Shown: positions 1 to 10,300 of the stretch, piece after piece | Numbering within the stretch: position 1 is the first letter of the stretch | Layout of the letters: the number at the start of each line of letters is the position of its first letter | Assembly (NCBI GenBank): GCA_965240325.2 | Contig: OZ251224.1 | Coordinates: 4,377,343 to 4,441,342 of the forward strand | Direction of reading: 5' to 3' | DNA length: 64,000 bases | Origin: Rebecca billardiae RCC1528 | Lineage: Eukaryota; Protista; Haptophyta | Notes under the pieces: model-generated | What the model was told of the DNA's origin: nothing | Databases searched by the model: none | Seen by the model: only the letters and a program-made list of their open reading frames with translations | Made by a program: the position numbers and the translations under genes

Positions 1-824
1 TGGGCTCGTGCTACAACCCGTTCGGCGCGGCGGAGTACGCGCAGCGCTTCGACGTGTGCGCGCTCGACCTCTGGCCCGGCGCGGCCGACGTGCTCCGCTG
101 CGACTTCTTGACCGTGCCCATCGAGGCGGCGCCGGTCGAGGCGGCGCCCATGGGGCCTGGGCGGCCGGTCGGGGCGGCCGCGCCGCGCGCCGCCGACGCG
201 CGGCCCGCGGCGCGCGGGGCGGGCGCGGGCGCGGAGGCCGATGCTGCGCGCGGCGCCGCGGGGCGGGGCATGGTGCTGCGCGAGGAGGCGTACACCGCGC
301 CGGACGGCACGCCGATGCGCGCGGCGGGCGCGCTGCGCGCGCACAGCGCGGACGTGCTCGTGCTCAGCCTGGTGCTCTCCTACCTGCCCACAGCGCAGCA
401 GCGCGCACTCGCGGTGCAGCAGGCGCGCAAGCTGCTGCGCGCGCCGAGCGCGGACTCGCCGCACGAGGCCGGGCTGCTGCTGATCGTGGACGCGGGCTCG
501 ATCTCGCGGCCCGCGTCGCTCTCGAAGGCGGCGCGGCCGGACGACGCGCTCCCGCGCTGGCTGGGCGCCATCGAGGCGGCGGGCTTCCGGCTCGTCCGGT
601 ACGAGGAGGTGGGCGGGCCGGGCCGCGCGCACGCGCTCGCCTTCCAGACGACGCCGCTGCCCGCCGGCGCACAGCCGGCGCTCGTGCCGATGCCCGTGCG
701 CAAGGAGCTGCTCGGTGAGGCGGGGGCGGCCGAGCCGCGCGTGGCCGACCGCTGGGCGGCCGTGCGCGACGTCGCCGAGCTCGCCGTGGCCGCCTCCGAC
801 GTTGATCATCCTCAAGGAGGCTGA
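1..824 (+). CDS. SAMTOR: SAMTOR/BMT2-family SAM-binding methyltransferase-fold protein, 5' truncated by the window edge
   Basis: The frame from position 3 reads GSCYNPF...ALDLWP...VLRCDFL...DVLVLSLVLSYLPT..QR...ARKLL...GLLLI. This matches the recalled SAMTOR/C7orf60 motifs (DVGSCFNPF, CDFL, FSLLLSYFP). Stop TGA at 822-824. Confidence 0.8.
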   Translation, partial: GSCYNPFGAAEYAQRFDVCALDLWPGAADVLRCDFLTVPIEAAPVEAAPMGPGRPVGAAAPRAADARPAARGAGAGAEADAARGAAGRGMVLREEAYTAPDGTPMRAAGALRAHSADVLVLSLVLSYLPTAQQRALAVQQARKLLRAPSADSPHEAGLLLIVDAGSISRPASLSKAARPDDALPRWLGAIEAAGFRLVRYEEVGGPGRAHALAFQTTPLPAGAQPALVPMPVRKELLGEAGAAEPRVADRWAAVRDVAELAVAASDVDHPQGG

Positions 825-1440
825 TGAGTCACTTGACCGTCGGGATGGGAGTGTGAAGTGAGCAAGGTCAGTCAGGCGGGAGAGGTCATCGGAGTAATCG
901 GAGTAAGATTGGGCCAAATTCCGCAACCGTAGATTTCAGTCCGTCGTCGAGGCAAATGCGAGTTGTGGGTAAAGTGAAGGCGTACTCGATGGTTGTCATT
1001 ATCTCATCAAACCGCTTCGGGTCAACGTCAATATGATCGAGGTATACTACAAGGGGAGAGCCAGATCTAACTTGAGAGAACAAGAGAAGGCGGGAGAAGG
1101 ACGAGTTCGTCCAATTAGGCTTGCCTAAAAAGATCATCATACTATACGCTCCTAAGTAGACCCCCCAGGCCGGTACGGAGATGCCAATCTCCCGCGTTCC
1201 CGAGCGCTTTCCGCCGACTGAACTCGCGAAGCCGTCAGGAAGTCACTCCATCTCCCGAGCGGGGGCCCGAGCGTCGACGACTGGGGTGAGAAGACGAACG
1301 AGGGCCGCAGACGCCAAACGCGGCTTTCCCTCGCGGATCTGGCGTCCACCCGCCGGGCGCCACGGGGCCCAACCAGGGGGCCTCGAACGCCCCCCTAGGC
1401 GACACCGGGGGGGCGTACACGCCGACTCCTCTCCCCGCAG

Positions 1441-3509
1441 CGCCGCCAGCCGCGTCGCGTCGTGCCGGCGCCGCGTTCAGCAGCGGCGCCGCGCCGGCGC
1501 GTGCAGTCGCCTACCCGTCCTACGCGGCCGCCGCCTCGGCCGCCGAGCCCGCCGCGCCCTCCGCCGCGGCGGAGGGCCACGCGCGGCTGAGCAAAGGGCA
1601 GAAGAAGAACCTGCGCAAGAAGAAGCAGCGGCTCGCCCTGCAGGAGGCCGAGGCCAAGCTCCTCCTGCAGCAGCACGCGAACGCGGCGCTCACGGCCGAG
1701 CAGCGCTCGCTCACCGCGCAGATTGTGAGCGCGGCGGCCGCGGCGAATGGCGGGTACGCCGCGTACAACCCGATGGTCGCGGCGGCGACCGCCGCCGCGG
1801 CCGCCGCGCTCGGCATGCAGGGCCTGCCGCCCCAGCAGCCCTGTTACCCGTACGGCGCGCTGCCGCCGTACGGCGCAGTGCCGCAGCCGCAGCCGCCGCT
1901 GCCGCTGCACTCGATGGCGCAGGGCGGCAGTGCCGCGCAGTACGCGCACGCGCACCTGCCGCCGGCGCATCAGCAGCAGCCGCAGCAGCCGCAGCAGCAC
2001 GCCAGCTTCGTCGTCCTCGCGCTCGGCCCCGAGCTCGGCGCCGAGGCCGCCGACGCCGAGCTCGCGTCCGTGCTCGTGGACGGCCCCTCGCTGCAGCCGC
2101 TGGCGCACTTCCACGCGCGCGTGGCGCCGAGCGCGGCGGCGCGGCGCGAGGGCGAGGGCGTGGTGTCGCTGCCCACCGCGCTCGCGCGCTGGGAGCAGTG
2201 GCTCGTCGCGCTCGGCGTGCACGCGGGCGGCGCGCGCGCGCGCTGCGTGGCGGTGTGCCGTGTGGATGCGGAGCTGAGCACGCAGCTGCCGCGCGCGTGC
2301 GCGCGCGCGGCCGTGCTCGTGCCGCCGCTGCTCTCGAGCTGGGTGGCGGTTGTGAGCGCGTTCGTCCGCGCGTACGGCTGGCCGGTGGGCGCCCCCATCG
2401 GCGCGCCGCCCGCCTTCGAGCAGGTCGCCGCCGCCGCCGGCGTCGCCGTGCCCGCGGGCGCGCTCGCGCAGGCGTACGCTGCGTGGGCGGTGCTGCGGCA
2501 GCTGCTGGCGGACGGCGCGGCGCTGCAGCCCAGCGGGTTTGCTGCTGCGCACGCGCACGGGCGGCATGCGGGCGCGCAGGGGCCGCCGCCGCCGCACAAG
2601 ACGAGCGCCATGCCCGCCGCCACGACGAGCGCGCTGCCCTCGCCGCCAGCGCAGCGCGCGGCGCCCTCGCCCTCGCCCTCGCCGCCGCAGCCGCAGCCGC
2701 AGCCGCTGCCGTGGCTGTCGGCGCAGCAGCTCGGCTCGAGCGGCCTCGGCGCTGACGGCCTGGGCGCGTGCGGCAGCGCGGCGCAGGCGTACGGTGGAGG
2801 CGCGACGACGGGCGTGCAGCCCGCGCCCACCTACGCCTGCGCAGGCGGCGCGCCGCCGCGCCTGCCGCCGGGCAACGGCCGCGCCGCCGCCGGCTCCCAC
2901 CAGGCGGCGGCAGCGCCCGCGCTCTCGGCAAGGCCCACGCCCGCGGCCGCGCCCGGCGGCAGAGTGCCGCACAGCGGGGCGCCGCCGAGCTCGCAGTGGG
3001 AGCCGGACGCGTTCCTGATGCTGGGGCTGCAAGGTGCGCCGCCCGCCCCGCGCGCGCGCGCCGCCCGCCCCGCGCGCTCGCACCGCTCACTCAAGGCTTT
3101 GCTGCCGCGCGCGCGGACCGCCCTCGCGCAGGCCTGAGCCTGGGCATGGGCCACCCGGGGCTGGCGGGGGTGAGCGTCGCGCGGCCGAGCAGCGGGCAGC
3201 GCGCACTGCCCTCCGCGCTCAGCCTCGACTCCGGCCTCGGCGCCCGCCGGCGGGGCGCGTGCTCCCCCGCGTGCTGCTCCCCCGCGTGCGCGTGCGAGGA
3301 GGGCGGGGGCGAGGACGAGTGCGTCGAGTGCGCTGGCCTCGACCAGCTCGTGCTGCCCGTGCTCAACGACGTGTGCGCGTGCGTGCGCGCGCGCGCGCGC
3401 CGCCGCGCGGCCAGACGCGGCGGCCGCTGCTGAGCCGCACGTGCGCCCCGCCCTCCGCCGCGCGCAGGTGCTGCCGCCCGAGGACGAGATCCTGCCGCTC
3501 ACGCGCTGA
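1441..3509 (+). CDS. Protein with a degenerate ERI1/DEDDh exonuclease-like domain and low-complexity flanks; start not resolved
   Basis: The frame is open upstream of 1725 (KGQKKNLRKKKQRL, NLS-like). Segment ~2001-2517 follows the ERI1/ERI3 pattern: FVVL, ELASVLVD..LQPLAHFHARV, SLPTALARWEQWL, ELSTQLPRAC, WVAVVSAF, LRQLLADG. Introns 3034-3131 and 3371-3467 give an in-frame ending VLPPEDEILPLTR*. Confidence 0.6.
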
Positions 3510-4679
3510 GGGCGCGCTGAGGGCACGCCCAGCCGCGCCCCGCGCGGGGGGGCGGAGCCGTGCCGAGCCCTGCGCGCTCTGGGGCGGGCCGCGCGCGCCG
3601 AGGCCGCAGCGCTGGACATGGGCCGCCGGCGCCTCGCCTGTGCCACGGCTAGGCGGCGCGCGCTGCCACCCGCGCCCAGGCCGCCCAGCCGCGGGCAGGC
3701 TGGGCGCGTGTGCGCGCGCGTGCTGCTGTGTTGGCGGCAGGGTGCGGCGCCATGTGCCGCATGCAATTTAGGTCGGGCGAGCTGGTGGCGCCGGGGGAGG
3801 CGGCCCTCCCCTCAGCCTCAGCCTCGCCATGCCACTCTGTTCCATCTCCGTTTTGCTTCGAAATGGCTTCATCTGCTTCTCTGCACCTCCGCAGCTCCCC
3901 AGCTCCGCAGCTCGAGCTCGGCCGGGCGCCGCCACGCCACGCGGCTGCTCGTCGTCGACCGGAGCGGCGATGCTGCCCGCCGACTCGGCTCCTGCGGAAA
4001 CCCAGCCCGCTGCGGGGCCCACGGCACCTGTGGGCATGTCGCCCATCGGCATCGATCCGCGCGCGGACCGGCCGGACGGCTCGGGGCCCCCGGCCAGGGC
4101 CGCAGTGCAAGTCGCACCGCCGGGTGGCCGCGAGGGCAGTGGCTCCGAGCGCGAGTCGCGGAGAGTACGTCGCCAGCGCGCAGGACCCAGCACTTAGGTT
4201 AGGTCATAGTTCTAGAGTTGCGACGCGTGCTACATCCTGCGCGGACTGCCGCTGCTGTCATGGTCCCACCGCTTACGCCTACAGACAGAGTACAAACATT
4301 AACACGGTGATCGCGTCACCGGACGTCGCACAATTATTAGCAGTTACTAGATAACTAGTCTTAATCAGGATCCGGGGTGATGAGATTGCGCCGCGAGGCG
4401 GCCGCAGCCCTCATCCAGGCCTCGCAGGCGGACGGCTGAACGAATTTTTCCGGCGGCGCTACCATCGGCGACGGCTTCATGGGCGGTGACAGTTGGCGGG
4501 CGTCAATCTCGCCTGCCTGAGCTGTGTGCGTCTCTTATTCTTAGTAAACTGTAGTTGTCGTCACGGTCACGGATGTTCACCCAGCAGTCGTTCAGCTCAC
4601 TTCAGCATCAGTCTTCGAGAGAATTCGTCTTGCGCGCAACCGTCCGCACCGCGCGTCCGCGCCCATCCTCGCCGCGCCG

Positions 4680-5396
4680 ATGGTCATGCGTCGCAGCCCA
4701 CTCCTCACTCTGGCAGCGACGGCAGCAGCCATCACGCGCGCGAGCGCGATGGCACAGGGCAGCTGGGACTTTGGGCGCTTCGTCTCCACGGCGGCGACGT
4801 TCAACTCGCCCTTTGCCGCGCTGCAGAGCATGGCGGGCGCGGCTGGCACGCCGCTGCGGGTCGCAAAGGGCGATGTCGTGTGGTCGCCAACGCAGCAGAA
4901 CGGCGCGGAGTGGGCCACGCTGGACGACGTGGTCATGGGCGGGCGCAGCGAGAGCCGCGTGGCGCTCAGCTCGGCGGGCCTGGACTGGGGCGGCCTCGTC
5001 ACGACCGACGGCGGCGGCGGCTTTGCCGGCATGCGCACCAAGCCCCTGCCGCGCCCGCTCGACCTGTCCGCGTGCAGCGGCATCGAGCTGAAGGTGCTCG
5101 GCGACGGCTTCCGGTACAAGTGCATCTTGCGCGACTCGACCGACTGGAACGGCGTTGCGTGGACCGTCTCCTTCAACACGAAGAAGTCGCGCGCCGAGAC
5201 GCGCGTGCGGCTGCCCTTCACGGCGTTCACGCCCACCCGGTTTGCGCGCACGCTGGCTGACGCGCCGCCGCTCGCGACGGAACGCGTGAGCACGCTGCAG
5301 CTCACGCTGTCCAAGTTTGAGTACGACGACGGGCTCAACCCTACGTTCCGAGAGGGGGAGTTCGGCCTGACGCTGCTCGAGGTGCGAGCATTCTAA
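4680..5396 (+). CDS. CIA30/NDUFAF1-domain protein, probably plastid-targeted (UOS1/HCF173-like)
   Basis: Motifs WDFGRF, LDDVVMGGRSES, GGGFAGMRT, LSKFEYDDGLNPTF; hydrophobic signal-like N-terminus; single exon. Confidence 0.85.
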   Translation: MVMRRSPLLTLAATAAAITRASAMAQGSWDFGRFVSTAATFNSPFAALQSMAGAAGTPLRVAKGDVVWSPTQQNGAEWATLDDVVMGGRSESRVALSSAGLDWGGLVTTDGGGGFAGMRTKPLPRPLDLSACSGIELKVLGDGFRYKCILRDSTDWNGVAWTVSFNTKKSRAETRVRLPFTAFTPTRFARTLADAPPLATERVSTLQLTLSKFEYDDGLNPTFREGEFGLTLLEVRAF

Positions 5397-5761
5397 TGAC
5401 CTGTGACCCGATCGCCGAGCGCGCGCTTAGGAGTTTCCAGTTTCCGGCGAGTCTGAGGAATCTGGGCCGTGTCATGAGTCATCTACTCCGACTACCGCGA
5501 CGTCGACTGAGACTGCGTCAAAGGAGTAGCCGCGGCTGAGGGGCGTGGACGTGGAGCGGCTGCGTATCAACCTCGACCGCCTCGAGGAGCAGGCGCTCAT
5601 CTGCCCTCATCTGCCGCACGGGCTAAAGTAGCCGGTCCGGTCACCAGTCAACCTGACGAACCAGACTCGAGTACTCGACAAAGCCGTCCGGACTCACCGA
5701 CGACGGCCGGTGCAGCGCCGCGGCTTCATCAACGCGCGACACGCGGCGTCATCGAGGCAGC

Positions 5762-6704
5762 ATGGCAATCGCCCTTCTCCTGCTCTCCACGCATGCGGCC
5801 TCGCGCGGCGCCAGCCTGGCGCGCGTGTCGGCGCTGCGCGGCGCCTCGGCGCTGCGCATGTCGCTCCCGACGGCCAAGCCCGACGGCGAGCTCGGCACGG
5901 AGGAGTTCAAGGTCAACTTCTTCGATGGCTCGAGCCCCAAGTCGCCGTGGCACGACGTGCCGCTCGAGGCGGGCAACGGGCTGTACAACTTCGTGAACGA
6001 GATCCCCAAGTACACGACGGCGAAGATGGAGGTCGACACGAAGGCGCCCAACAACCCGATCGTGCAGGACGAGAAGAAGGGCAAGCTCCGCTACTACCAC
6101 GGCTGCATCTTCTGGAACTACGGCTGCCTGCCTCAGACGTGGGAGGACCCGAACGTGAAGGGCGCGGACGAGGTGGGCGGCGCGTTCGGCGACAACGACC
6201 CGATCGACGTCGTCGAGATCGGGTCGCAGCGTCTCGAGATGGGTGCGCGCGGGGGCGCGTGCGCTGCCTCGCCCCCGTGGCGCGCGCCGTCTCGTCTCAC
6301 CGCGCGGCCGGTGGCGCGCCGCTCGCCCGCACGCGCACGCGCTCGCGCGCGCGCGCGCGCACGCAGGCTCGATCACGCCGGTGAAGCCATTGGGCGTGCT
6401 GGCGATGATCGACGACGGCGAGCTCGACTGGAAGGTGATCGCGATCGCCGCCACCGACCCGATGGCCTCGGAGCTCAACGACGTCGCCGACCTCGAGGCG
6501 AAGATGCCGGGCGTCGTCTCAGGCATCCGCGAGTGGTTCCGGTGGTACAAGACGCCTGACGACAAGCCGCTCAACGGCTTCGGCTTCGGCGAGAAGTGCC
6601 TCGGCGCGAGCCACGCGAAGGAGGTGATCGCCGAGACGCACGGCTTCTACAAGGCGCTGCTCGAGGGCAAGACCGACAAGGGCAAGCTGTGGCTGCCCAA
6701 CTGA
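5762..6704 (+). CDS. PPA: Family I soluble inorganic pyrophosphatase, probably plastid-targeted
   Basis: [44 protein letters not shown]; after intron 6243-6366, [13 protein letters not shown] and WFRWYK. N-terminal signal peptide MAIALLLLS. Confidence 0.95.
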
Positions 6705-7357
6705 GCGCCGGCCCGGCCGGAGTGCGGCCGCGCTCGTGGCTGGCCCGCGGCCGCTGGCTGCGGCCGGCCGAGCGCGCGCGCGCTGATGAGGCGGCCGGCT
6801 GATGAGCCCACCCAGCTGCCGCATCAGCTCTCCATGACCGAGGCTGCCGCGCTACTCCGCTGCGTCCTGCGCCGCCGACTGCGCACTCTGCACCCATCCG
6901 TCAGTGTGAGTGTCACCAACGGCCTGGCCGCGGGCGGCACGGATCTTTATCTGGATTCTGGGGCCGCTGCGCCCACCGCCGCCGTGGTTAATCCGATATC
7001 ACCTTCATGGTGGAGACCGTCGTCGATGGGATCGCGCGCGCGGATGAGAAGTGCAAGTAGTACGTATCGTCCGCAGCTGATGATTGCACCCGTACGATAG
7101 CGCAAAGCAGTATCATCCTGCTGCATACGCCTTTAAAAGGATCATGTTGAAACAGTCACTCTGCTAAGACTAAGTCGACACTACGACGACGCTGGCCGCT
7201 GAGTAATTCTGCGACACTGAAGGACTGCTCACTGCTCACCAGGCGGCGGCGGCGGCGGCAGGATTTTCTCTCCAGCCAATCGCCGCTGCGCATTCTCTTT
7301 CTCACGAACGTCCGGCTCGCCCTCGAGACGCGCGCTCGGCGGGCATCAGCAATCGCG

Positions 7358-10300
7358 ATGGCGCCTCCCCGCGCGAGGCCCGCGAGGAAGCCGCTCGTCA
7401 CGAGCGGCGACGGCGCGCTGCCCAACTCGCGGGGCGACTCGCCGTTGCACGCGGGTAAGCAGCGCACGCGCACAGGGGACGTCGAGCGGCACATCGTCGC
7501 GCAGATCTCGGTGTGGCGCGCGCGCGCGCATGCGCGCGCTCCGCGCGGGCGCGGGCGCGGCGCGCGCTCGCGCGATCCCGCGCGCGGCCGCGGCCGACGC
7601 GGCCGGCGTGCACGGTGGCGGGGATGCCAAGCTCACTCCCCACGCGCCGCGCCGCGCCCGCGGCTCCCGCGCCCCGCGCGCGCCGCCCGCGCGCCCGTCG
7701 GCGCGCAGGAGCTGCAGAGGCAGCTGACGAGCGAGCGGCAGCGGCAGCAGGACGTGAAGGCGCACGCGGACGAGCGGCAGTCGAAGGAGACGTGCCTGAT
7801 CATCGTGGCGAACCGGCTGCCCGTCTCGCTCTCGCGCCTGCCCTCGGGCGACTGGAACGCCGACATGTCCCACGGCGGGCTCGTGTCGGCGCTGATGGGC
7901 GTGCGCAACCTGCGGATGACGTGGGTGGGCTGGCCGGGGCTCGAGGTGCCGAAGGAGGACCAGCAGGCGGTGTCGGAGCAGCTGCAGCGGCTGCTGCAGT
8001 GCGTGCCCGTCTTCCTCGACGCGAAGACCTCGGGCCTGTACTACGACGGCTTCTGCAACAACGTGCTCTGGCCGCTGCTGCACTACGTGCCGCTCTCGTC
8101 CCTCGGCACCGAGATGCGCGAGGACGAGTGGGACGCGTACCGGCGCGCGAACGCGGCGTTCGCCGACGCGATCTGCTCGGTGGCGGACGAGGCGGACATG
8201 GTGTGGCTGCAGGACTACCACCTCATGCTCCTCCCGCAGCTCCTGCGCGAGCGCCGCCCGCGCGCCAAGATCGGCTGGTTCCTGCACGTGCCGTGGTGCG
8301 CGGCCGAGATCTACGCGTCCTTCCCCAAGCGCAAGCAGATTCTGCGCGGGCTGCTCGGCGCGGACCTGATCGGCTTCCACGTGTACGACTACGCGCGGCA
8401 CTTCACCGAGTCGCTGCAGCGCGTGCTCGGCGTCGAGGTCGCCGTGCACCGCGAGACGTACGTGCGCGACCTCGCGCGCGGCCACTGCCTCGCGGTCGGC
8501 GCGTTCCCGATCGGCATCGAGCCCGCGCGCTTTGACCAGCTGCTCGACTCGCTCGAGGTGAAGGACCGGATCATCGACCTGCGCCGGCGGTTCGACGGGA
8601 AGCTGGTGCTGCTCGGGATCGACCGGCTCGACTACATCAAGGGGCTGCCGCACAAGCTCGCGGGCATGCACCGCTTCCTCTCGCAGCAGCCGCACATGCG
8701 GCGGCGCGTCGTGCTGCTGCAGATTGCCGTGCCGTCGCGCGTCGCCGTCCCCGGCTACCAGAAGCTGCGCGACTCGGTGCACCGGCTGGTGGCGCAGATC
8801 AACGGGCAGTTCGGCACGCTGGGCGACGTGCCCGTGCACTACCTCGACCGCTCGTGCGACCTCACCGAGCTCGCCGCGCTCTACTTCGTCGCGGACGCGC
8901 TGATCGTCACCTCCCTGCGCGACGGCATGAACCTCGTCTCGTTCGAGTACGTGGCGTGCCAGCGGCCCAGGGACCCGGGCGTGCTCATCCTGTCGGACTT
9001 CGCGGGGGCGGCGCAGTGCCTGCGCGCGGGCGCGCTGGTGGTGAACCCGCACGACGCGCAGGAGATCGCCAACGCCATCGCGCAGGCCGTCGCCATGCCC
9101 TCCGCCGAGCGCGCCGAGCGGCACGCGCACATGGCAGCGTACGTGCGGCGGCACACGGCGCAGGCGTGGGCGGAGGAGTTCGCGCTCTCGCTCACGCACC
9201 TCGAGGCGGAGCTGAGCGAGGCGGGGTTCGCGCGGCGCAACCCGGCGCTGCCGCTGCCCGCCGGCGCGGTGTGCGCCGGCTTCGCCGCCGCCGCCGCCGC
9301 CTCCTCCCAGCGGCTGCTCGTGCTGGGCGTGCTGCACACGCTGCTCGACTGGCGCGCCTTCCGGGCGGCGGTCGACGCGCGCGCGCTGCCCCGCCGCGTG
9401 CGCGACGCGGTGGCCGCGCTCGCGACGGCGCCGCACACGACGGTGGTGATCGTCTCGGCGCGCGAGCGCGCGCTGCTCGCCGAGTGGTTCGCCGGCATCC
9501 CCGTCTGGCTCGTCGCGGAGAACGGCCTCTTCATCTCGGACCGCACCGTGGGCGCGGACGCGCCGTGGGAGTGCACCGACGAGAACGCGCTCGGCGCGCC
9601 GTGGCTGGCGCACGTGCGGCCCATCTTCGACTTCTTCGAGCAGCGCACGCCGCACACGTGCATCGAGGCGCACGAGTGCTCGATCACGTGGCACCACGCG
9701 AGCGACCTCGACGGCGGCGCCGCCGTCGACGCGGCGGGCGCCGCCGCCTCGGCCGCCGCGTCGGCGGGCGGCGAGCGCGCGCGCGGCGTGAGCGCTGACG
9801 CGGCCGCGGCCGCGGCCGCGTCCGCGGGCATGGCGGGCTCCGGCCGGCCGCTGCGCGCGCCGGTGGGCGAGATCTCGCACGCCGACTTCGCGGCGTACAT
9901 GGCCTCCGAGCTGTACGCCCACCTCGCCCGCGCCCTCCGCTCCGCGCGCGTGGAGGTGCACCTGGACGCAGACCGCGTGGAGGTGCGCCCCTCCGCCGTC
10001 TCCAAGGGCTCCGCCATCGAGCTCATCCTCGACAGGTGCGCGCGCGAGCGTGCGCGCACGCGCACGCGCACGCGCGGCGCAGGCGCGCGCGCGCGGAGGC
10101 GCGCGCGGAGGGGCGCACGCCGAGGGGCGCACAGGCGCGCGGACGCACGTGCGGAGGGGCGCACGCGCGGCGCAGCGGCACACGCGCTCGGGCGCACGCA
10201 GCCTGTGCGCACGGTGCGCACGCGGAGGGGCTGCGCCGCGCGCGCCGAGGCTGAGCGGACGGCCGCCCCGCGCGCGCCACCCGCCGCACGCGCGCGCGCC

